DNA of 64,000 nucleotides from Escherichia coli (GTDB lineage Bacteria; Pseudomonadota; Gammaproteobacteria; Enterobacterales; Enterobacteriaceae): NCBI RefSeq assembly GCF_030384885.1, contig NZ_CP128613.1; one strand, 5' to 3'. Shown piece by piece: positions 56,997 to 64,000 of this stretch (position 1 is its first letter; each line of letters starts with the position of its first letter). The notes under the pieces were generated by a model. It saw only the letters and a program-made list of their open reading frames with translations, ran no database searches and was not told where the DNA came from. The position numbers and the translations under genes were made by a program.

Positions 56997-58538
56997 TCAC
57001 TCTTCGCTTTTCTTCTGGTTTAAGCCATATTCCCGCAACTTATTGGCAATCGCGGTATGCGAAACGCCGAGACGTTTTGCCAGTTTGCGCGTGCTGGGAT
57101 AATTGCGATAAAGCTGAGTTAATACCGAGCGTTCAAAACGGCTGGTGATTTCGTCCAGCGAACCTTCCATCGCATCTTCGCCCACGGCTACCGTTGCGGC
57201 GTCATAATCCGGTAACAAAATATCCTGTGGACGTAGCTCATAACCGTCCAGTTGTGTCAGTGCGCGATAAATAGCGTTCTTTAACTGCCGCACATTTCCC
57301 GGCCACGCATAACGCGTAAGTACAGTATTCAGGTCAGCGGCCAGTTTCGGACGCGGCACGCCCTGCTCGTCGGCAAAGCGGGCGACGAACAGCTCGGTTA
57401 ACGGCATGATGTCCTGCGGACAGTCACGTAGCGGCGGCAGATTGAGCGTCAACACGTTCAGACGATAATAGAGATCTTCACGGAAAACGCCTTTTTGCAC
57501 CAGTTCGACTAAATTCTTCTGCGTAGCGCAAATAACCCTTACATCGACATGCACTTCATGATCTTCACCAACTCGACGGAAAGTACCATCATTAAGGAAA
57601 CGCAGTAATTTCGCCTGCATCCTTGGCGACATCTCGCCTATCTCATCTAACAGCACCGAACCACCGTTCGCCTGCTCAAAGAACCCTTTTTTACCTTCCG
57701 GAGCATGACCAAACAGTTCACTCTCGACCGCATCTTCCGGTATAGACGCGCAGTTCAGCGCCAGGTAAGGTTTGCCCGCTCGTGGGCTTGCCTGATGGCA
57801 GGCGTAGGCAAAGAGATCTTTACCTGTACCGGTGTCACCCGTAATCAGCAACGGCGCGCTTAGCATCGCCAGTTTCTGCGCCTGTTCGACAACATGCTTC
57901 ATTTTCGGGCTGACGGCGACAATTTGACTGAAGGCACTGACGTCCTGTGCAGCGACATTCTGCAACTGACGGCCCATACGAATCGTCGAGCGCAACATCA
58001 CCACCGCACCGGTCAGAACGTGTTGATCATTTTCATCCTGAAGATAAACAGGCGTAATCTCCATCAGGAAATTCTGCCCATTAATAACGACATGCTCGTT
58101 ATGCGAGTCTTGCGGTTCGCTTTCCAGCCAGCGTAAAAAATTAAAGCCGTTAATTAATTGCGCGGCGGTATGGTTGCGCAGGCGATCCAATTTTTGCCCA
58201 AAAAGCTGACAGCTCGCCGGGTTCGCCATATCCACTTTGCTTTTCATATCAACAGAAAGCACAGGCTCAGGCAACGCCTCCAGTAACGCGCTCAACGCCA
58301 GATGCTCACGTTCGGAAGGCATCCACGGAACAGTGCGCACATCGGTAACACCTGCAATACGGCGTATTTCGGCCATCAGACTGCTGAAACTTTCAAATTC
58401 CAGTTCGGCAAAATTGAGGTAGATTCGCCCAATGGGGTCAATCTCAATACCGCGTAAATCAATGCCTCTTAGCACGAGTAGATCGAGTAATTCGCGGGTC
58501 AGACCGAGTCGGTCTTCACAAAAGACTTCCAGACGCAT
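56997..58538 (-). CDS. tyrR: sigma-54-type transcriptional regulator TyrR
   Basis: 513-aa ORF starting MRLEVFCEDRLGLTRELLD; AAA+ domain GDTGTGKD, C-terminal HTH. Confidence 0.95.
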   Translation of the reverse strand: MRLEVFCEDRLGLTRELLDLLVLRGIDLRGIEIDPIGRIYLNFAELEFESFSSLMAEIRRIAGVTDVRTVPWMPSEREHLALSALLEALPEPVLSVDMKSKVDMANPASCQLFGQKLDRLRNHTAAQLINGFNFLRWLESEPQDSHNEHVVINGQNFLMEITPVYLQDENDQHVLTGAVVMLRSTIRMGRQLQNVAAQDVSAFSQIVAVSPKMKHVVEQAQKLAMLSAPLLITGDTGTGKDLFAYACHQASPRAGKPYLALNCASIPEDAVESELFGHAPEGKKGFFEQANGGSVLLDEIGEMSPRMQAKLLRFLNDGTFRRVGEDHEVHVDVRVICATQKNLVELVQKGVFREDLYYRLNVLTLNLPPLRDCPQDIMPLTELFVARFADEQGVPRPKLAADLNTVLTRYAWPGNVRQLKNAIYRALTQLDGYELRPQDILLPDYDAATVAVGEDAMEGSLDEITSRFERSVLTQLYRNYPSTRKLAKRLGVSHTAIANKLREYGLNQKKSEE

Positions 58539-58608
58539 GGGAACCTTCACCTGAAAAAAGAACAATTAATATGATGATATGACACTATTTGGATAGCAGG
58601 AAGGTTTC

Positions 58609-58626
58609 TGTCAACAATCATTGACA
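58609..58626. promoter_or_regulatory. TyrR-box-like palindrome upstream of tyrR
   Basis: TGTCAA-N6-TTGACA perfect palindrome, resembling the TyrR box TGTAAA-N6-TTTACA, 70-90 bp upstream of the tyrR start. Confidence 0.45.
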
Positions 58627-58685
58627 CAAAGACGGAAAAACGGGCACTTCGGCGTAAAGATATCCGGTCAGCACCCGATATTGCA

Positions 58686-59747
58686 TTATTTTTCGCTGGG
58701 CGTTTTGCCTTTTTGCAGCGTCTCTTTCACCTGACCGATAAGCTGACGACGGAAATCCCCGAGGCGAGGTTTGTCATCGTCAATCCACGGCAGCGGGCGG
58801 CAAAGCTCCATAGCTTTAATCCCCAGTCGTGCCGTCAGAAGTCCAGCACCAATCCCCTGAGCTGCCCGGGTAGACAAACGCGCAGCGAGATCTTGCGACA
58901 TCCAGTCCATCCCCACTTCGCGCACCAGTTCGCTGGCTCCGGCGAAAGCGATATTCAGCAATACCAGCTTAAACAGGCGCAAACGGCTGTAATATCCCAG
59001 TTCAATGCCATACAGCGTGGCGATGCGATTGATCAAACGCAGATTGCGCCAGGCGATAAATGCCATATCCACCAGCGCCAGCGGGCTAACGGCGATCATT
59101 AACGTTGATTCCGCCGCTGAGCGACTGATTTCGCGCCGCGCCTGGGCATCTAAAACCGGCTGGACCAGATGAGCATACAGGCTGACCACTTCACGATCGT
59201 TCTGCGTTTCATGGATTGAGGCATACCAGCGTTGCAGTGCCGGATGCGACTGGTCGATGCCCGCCTGCTGCGCCAGTTTTTCGCAGAATGCACGGCCTTT
59301 ACCCGTGCCGTGACTGTGCAACAAATCGCGCGCTTCGTCGCGTTCATGGGCGCGCTGTCGCAAGCGCCATAAACGCCGCCACTCTGTTACCACAGAACCT
59401 ACGCCAGCGCCGATAATCAATGCCCCAGCGGCACATCCACCCAGCGCTACCCAATCCTGAGTTTGCCAGGCATTCATCGTCCACTGCACGCCCTGCCCGA
59501 CAACGCTTGCACCAAACAGAGCCAACCCGCCCATCACCATTTTGCGCCACAGGCTGCGTTTCGGACGTAACGCTGCGTCCATCACCGCTTCAACTTGCCC
59601 CTCTTCTTCCTGCGCTTCGTCGAGCGTGGCCGGGGCAAAATTTTGCGCCTGATTTTCGTCAAAGGTCTGCTGCGCCCTGAATTTTGGATTCTGATCGACC
59701 TCCAGTGGACCGTCGAAATCAATACGTGGTTTTAACGGTTCGGTCAT
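58686..59747 (-). CDS. ycjF: DUF697-family inner-membrane protein YcjF
   Basis: 353-aa ORF with central TM segments; start overlaps the ycjX stop. Confidence 0.85.
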   Translation of the reverse strand: MTEPLKPRIDFDGPLEVDQNPKFRAQQTFDENQAQNFAPATLDEAQEEEGQVEAVMDAALRPKRSLWRKMVMGGLALFGASVVGQGVQWTMNAWQTQDWVALGGCAAGALIIGAGVGSVVTEWRRLWRLRQRAHERDEARDLLHSHGTGKGRAFCEKLAQQAGIDQSHPALQRWYASIHETQNDREVVSLYAHLVQPVLDAQARREISRSAAESTLMIAVSPLALVDMAFIAWRNLRLINRIATLYGIELGYYSRLRLFKLVLLNIAFAGASELVREVGMDWMSQDLAARLSTRAAQGIGAGLLTARLGIKAMELCRPLPWIDDDKPRLGDFRRQLIGQVKETLQKGKTPSEK

Positions 59748-61141
59748 CGCAATTTATCTCCTATTAAAAATTCCAGCGCAGCATCAAGACGAATATGCGG
59801 CAGCGGTTTGTCGACATCCATCACCTGCGGACGAAACGCCTCAAACTGGAAGCCTTGCTTATCCCAGAACGCCTGACCAGGCAAACGTGCGGGAACTTCG
59901 CCAGGATAAACAGTGAGCGGTGCGCCATCGCTGAGTCGATTACCGCGCAGCGCCGGGATTTTCTCACCGTTAACATCAATAATGCCGCTGGTGGTCGCCT
60001 GAACTGACGCCAGCCCCAGGCAGTCCATGCTGATCCCTTCGAACGCCGCATTTTGCCAAGCATCCTGAATCAGTTGTTGCAGTAATGAAACCATATTGGC
60101 GTGCTGATCGATGGTCACATGGTCTGCTTTAGTGGCAGCAAACAATAGCTTATCGATAACCGGCGAAAACAAACGCCGGAACAGGGTTCGCTGCCCGTAG
60201 TGGAAACTTTGCATCAGCTGCGTCAGCGCCAGACGCATATCATTAAATGCCTGTGGCCCACTGTTGAGCGGTTGCAGGCAATCCACCAGCACAATCTGCC
60301 GATCAAAGCGCAGAAAATGATTTTTATAGAACCCCTTCACCACTTTCTCGCAGTAATAATTAAATCGTTCGCGCAGCATTCCGGCATTGGTGTGCTTGTC
60401 GGCCTGTGCAAGTTTTGATTCGCCCCAGGCATCGACATCTGGCCACGGGAAGAATTGCAGCGCGGGCGCACCTGCCATATCGCCCGGCAAGACAAAACGT
60501 CCAGGCTGAATAAAGTGCAGCCCCTGCTGTTTGCAGTGGTGGAGATAATCGGTCCATGCGGCCGCAATGTCTGCAAGACGGTTTTCGTCGGCAGGTGCTA
60601 GTGGGTCCAGCCCTTCGCACATCATTCGCCATTTTGCCGACCATTCGCCGCGCTGACCATTGAGTAAGCCCGTCATCTGGCGCGACCAGCTTAAATAGTC
60701 CTGCGCCAACATCGGCAAGTCGAGTAACCATTCGCCGGGATAATCCACTATCTCCAGATACAACGTGGAAGTGTCTTTGAAGTGACGCAACAGCGAATCG
60801 TTCGATTTATAGCGTAGCGCCAGGCGAATCTCACTGACGCCGCGTGTTGGGGTCGGCCAGGCGGGAGGATCGCCATATAACTGCGCCAGCCCTTCATCGT
60901 AGGTGAAGCGCGGAATGCCAAAGTCACGCTGGGGAATGCGTTTTACGCCCAGCAGGCGCTCTTCACGCACCGCACTTAATAGCGGCAAGCGTGCTCCGGC
61001 ATGAATATTGAGCAACTGATTGACCATCGCAGTGATAAACGCGGTTTTGCCGCTGCGGCTAAGTCCGGTTACAGCGAGGCGCAGATGTCTGTCGACACCC
61101 CGATTCACCAGCGCATTAAGTTCATTTTTAAGTCGCTTCAT
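59744..61141 (-). CDS. ycjX: P-loop NTPase YcjX
   Basis: 465-aa ORF with Walker A GLSRSGKT. Confidence 0.85.
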   Translation of the reverse strand: MKRLKNELNALVNRGVDRHLRLAVTGLSRSGKTAFITAMVNQLLNIHAGARLPLLSAVREERLLGVKRIPQRDFGIPRFTYDEGLAQLYGDPPAWPTPTRGVSEIRLALRYKSNDSLLRHFKDTSTLYLEIVDYPGEWLLDLPMLAQDYLSWSRQMTGLLNGQRGEWSAKWRMMCEGLDPLAPADENRLADIAAAWTDYLHHCKQQGLHFIQPGRFVLPGDMAGAPALQFFPWPDVDAWGESKLAQADKHTNAGMLRERFNYYCEKVVKGFYKNHFLRFDRQIVLVDCLQPLNSGPQAFNDMRLALTQLMQSFHYGQRTLFRRLFSPVIDKLLFAATKADHVTIDQHANMVSLLQQLIQDAWQNAAFEGISMDCLGLASVQATTSGIIDVNGEKIPALRGNRLSDGAPLTVYPGEVPARLPGQAFWDKQGFQFEAFRPQVMDVDKPLPHIRLDAALEFLIGDKLR

Positions 61142-61284
61142 TGCTGTCCTGTGGACCAGAAAAAATCATTCGTAAGGATATGAATGTGGGGGCCATGCCC
61201 TTGATTATCAACTGCCCGTGTTGTCATCTTGAGGGGAACTCCATAAGATGTGCAGCATTCACGTTCGGACGGAGTTCCTGACCT

Positions 61285-62283
61285 ATGTCCCCTACTATTT
61301 ATGATATTGCCAGGGTTGCCGGCGTATCAAAGTCCACCGTATCACGCGTGCTGAATAAGCAAACCAATATCTCCCCGGAAGCGCGCGAAAAAGTGTTACG
61401 GGCCATTGAAGAATTACAGTATCAGCCAAATAAACTGGCCCGCGCGCTGACCTCTTCGGGCTTTGATGCCATTATGGTGATTTCTACCCGTTCGACCAAA
61501 ACTACGGCGGGTAACCCGTTTTTCTCCGAAGTTTTGCATGCCATTACCGCCAAAGCGGAAGATGAGGGTTTCGACGTGATATTGCAGACGTCGCACAACC
61601 CGGCTGAAGACTTACAAAAATGTGAAAGCAAAATTAAGCAGAAAATGATTAAAGGCATTATTATGCTAAGTTCGCCAGCAGATGAGTCTTTTTTCGCCCA
61701 ACTCGATAAATACGATATTCCGGTGGTAGTAATTGGCAAAGTTGAAGGTGAATATGCCCATGTTTATTCTGTCGATACCGATAATTTTGGCGACAGTATT
61801 GCGCTGACCGATGCATTAATTGAAAGTGGACATAAAAATATTGCCTGCCTACATGCTCCGCTTGATGTCCATGTTTCGGTTGACCGCGTTAATGGTTATA
61901 AGCAAAGTCTGGAAGATCATAATATTGCAGTGCGCAATCAGTGGATCGTTGACGGCGGTTATACCCATGAGACAGCACTGCAAGCCGCGCGGGAATTATT
62001 AAGCCAGTCACCGTTGCCTGAGGCAGTGTTTGCTACTGACAGCCTGAAATTAATGAGCATTTATCGTGCGGCGGCAGAGAAAAACATTGCTATTCCGCAG
62101 CAGTTAGCGGTGGTGGGTTATAGTAATGAAACGCTGTCGTTTATATTAACGCCTGCACCGGGCGGCATCGATGTTCCGACGCAGGAGTTAGGTCAACAAA
62201 GCTGCGAGTTATTATTCCGCTTAATTGCCGGAAAACCGTCACCACAAAATATTACCGTTGCCACGCATATGTCGTTGAAATAA
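61285..62283 (+). CDS. ycjW: LacI-family transcriptional regulator YcjW
   Basis: 332-aa ORF; N-terminal LacI-type [23 protein letters not shown]. Confidence 0.9.
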   Translation: MSPTIYDIARVAGVSKSTVSRVLNKQTNISPEAREKVLRAIEELQYQPNKLARALTSSGFDAIMVISTRSTKTTAGNPFFSEVLHAITAKAEDEGFDVILQTSHNPAEDLQKCESKIKQKMIKGIIMLSSPADESFFAQLDKYDIPVVVIGKVEGEYAHVYSVDTDNFGDSIALTDALIESGHKNIACLHAPLDVHVSVDRVNGYKQSLEDHNIAVRNQWIVDGGYTHETALQAARELLSQSPLPEAVFATDSLKLMSIYRAAAEKNIAIPQQLAVVGYSNETLSFILTPAPGGIDVPTQELGQQSCELLFRLIAGKPSPQNITVATHMSLK

Positions 62284-62296
62284 ATGCCAGCTACGT

Positions 62297-62381
62297 TGCC
62301 TGAATGCCGGATGCGATGCTGGCGCATCTTATCCGGCCTACATTTATAAACCGGATAAAGTACTCGCGCCGCATCCGGCAA
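62297..62381. repeat. REP/BIME element (two REP units)
   Basis: gccggatgcgatgctggcgcatcttatccggcctaca and ccggataaagtactcgcgccgcatccggca. Confidence 0.7.
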
Positions 62382-62393
62382 TTTAGCACATTA

Positions 62394-63299
62394 TCAGAAC
62401 GCGTAATTCACACCGACACCTGCATAATGGAATTTATCGCTATCGCCTTCGTCGTGATCCTGCCACTCAAACGCATATTCCAGCGAAACGGAAAGACCAT
62501 TCTGGAAATCATAACCGTAAAACAAACCAAGACGGTTAAAATCATGGCCTTCACGTTCGATATCATCCTGCCAGTCCCAGTTACTCCAGCGATCCAACCC
62601 AATGCGCGTATACGGCGTCACCGAGTGATTGCCGAGCGTCAACGGTAAATAGGCGCGAATTTCTTGCGTGGAGAATTCACCGTTATTGCGGCTGTCGTCC
62701 ATATTGAAGCCGCGCTCGAGATAATAGTTCACCCGCAAGGCAACCGTTTCGTTGAAAGTATATTGCAGACCCGTTTCCGTTTCGACACGGGTATCAGCAT
62801 AACCGGTCGTGTTCAGATCGTTGGCAAATTTATACATCGACAGCCAACCGTTGAAACGTAAATCGTCAGTCAGTTTCACGTCCCAGTCTGGCGCGATTTT
62901 CCAGCGCTGCATATTTGCCGTGTCTTTACCCGGTTCATCAACATAGTGATAACCATAGTTACGGAAACCACCGGTCAGGCCGAAACTGAAATCATCGCTT
63001 TCGAGAAACTGATAATGCACTTCCAGTTCCGGGCGATCAAACCAGGTTCCACGTTTACCCGCGCTATAATCTACTGGCCCTTCCTGGTAATAAGCCAGCG
63101 ATATTCTCCACGGCCCGTTGGCAGCATTAAAATAGACGGAAGGCTCCGCCAGCCCGTCCATATCTTCGCCATAACCCTCGACGTTTTCTATTTCGTACAT
63201 CGCGCCGATATTAAAGTGCCAGTCTTTTTTTTCCTCAGCCTGTGCGCAGGCCATTCCCGCACACATCACCAGTGCGGTACAGGGTAATAACTTTTTCAT
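62394..63299 (-). CDS. ompG: outer-membrane porin OmpG
   Basis: 301-aa ORF with signal peptide and C-terminal aromatic residue (…VNYAF). Confidence 0.92.
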   Translation of the reverse strand: MKKLLPCTALVMCAGMACAQAEEKKDWHFNIGAMYEIENVEGYGEDMDGLAEPSVYFNAANGPWRISLAYYQEGPVDYSAGKRGTWFDRPELEVHYQFLESDDFSFGLTGGFRNYGYHYVDEPGKDTANMQRWKIAPDWDVKLTDDLRFNGWLSMYKFANDLNTTGYADTRVETETGLQYTFNETVALRVNYYLERGFNMDDSRNNGEFSTQEIRAYLPLTLGNHSVTPYTRIGLDRWSNWDWQDDIEREGHDFNRLGLFYGYDFQNGLSVSLEYAFEWQDHDEGDSDKFHYAGVGVNYAF

Positions 63300-63343
63300 T
63301 ATTGTTCCTTGTATTATCCTGGGGGAATGCCTTCCCCCTGTAT

Positions 63344-64000
63344 TTAGCGAATTGCTATTTCCGTTTCTGCATCAAAGAAATGACATTTGGTCATATCGAA
63401 ATGAATAGTGACGTTTTCTCCTGCATGATAATCATTTAACGCACCGGCACGGACCACCAGCTCGTGCCCCCCAACCGTGGTGTAGAGCATAAATTCCGCA
63501 CCGGTTAATTCCGCCACGCTAATTTTGGCGGAAATGTTATTTTCCTCTTGCGCATCCGGATGAATATCTTCCGGGCGTATTCCCATCACAATGGGTTTAT
63601 GCAAACTTTCCTGCGTTTTCAGAACCGCTAATTTATCTTCGGGAATGGTTAATTTAAGCGTTTCCGTAACGAATTTATCGCCATCGATCGTGCCGCGAAT
63701 AAAATTCATTGCTGGTGACCCAATAAATCCGGCAACAAACATATTCGCCGGTTGGTTATAGACCGTTTTCGGCGCACCGACCTGCTGAACAATCCCATCC
63801 TTCATAATGACAATCCGCGTCGCCATGGTCATCGCTTCGGTCTGATCGTGGGTCACGTAGATCATGGTGGTGTTCAGTTTCTGATGCAGCTTGCTGATTT
63901 CCGCTCGCATTTGTACGCGCAGCTTGGCATCCAGGTTAGAGAGCGGTTCATCCATTAAAAACACGCCCGCTTCGCGCACAATCGCCCGTCCGAGCGCCAC
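63344..64000 (-). CDS. ycjV: ABC transporter ATP-binding protein YcjV, 5' end outside the window
   Basis: C-terminal 218 aa with ABC signature LSNLDAKLR, Walker B LMDEPLSNLD and a MalK-like C-terminal regulatory domain. Confidence 0.8.
   Translation of the reverse strand: MALGRAIVREAGVFLMDEPLSNLDAKLRVQMRAEISKLHQKLNTTMIYVTHDQTEAMTMATRIVIMKDGIVQQVGAPKTVYNQPANMFVAGFIGSPAMNFIRGTIDGDKFVTETLKLTIPEDKLAVLKTQESLHKPIVMGIRPEDIHPDAQEENNISAKISVAELTGAEFMLYTTVGGHELVVRAGALNDYHAGENVTIHFDMTKCHFFDAETEIAIR

Overview
This window reads as Escherichia coli chromosome, collinear with (and reverse-complemented relative to) the K-12 cybB–gapC–aldA … ompG–ycjV interval, with almost every gene recognisable from its translation. 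All identifications and all comparisons to K-12 are from recall of protein sequences and gene order; nothing was searched or aligned. The one long ORF I cannot place is a ~680-aa gene at 54908..56959, lying between tpx and tyrR, which I recall as directly adjacent in K-12; it is the best candidate for something undescribed. The strain is clearly not K-12: the Rac prophage is absent at ttcA, the feaR–tynA–paa cluster is absent between ydbA and ydbL, ycjY–pgrR is absent between mppA and mpaA, there is no IS5 between ynaJ and ynaI, and both gapC and the ydbA autotransporter are intact. Three sRNAs (MicC, FnrS, McaS) and an unlisted 57-codon proline-rich ORF upstream of dbpA were found by reading the intergenic sequence. 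No CRISPR array, tRNA, rRNA, IS element or integrase was seen.
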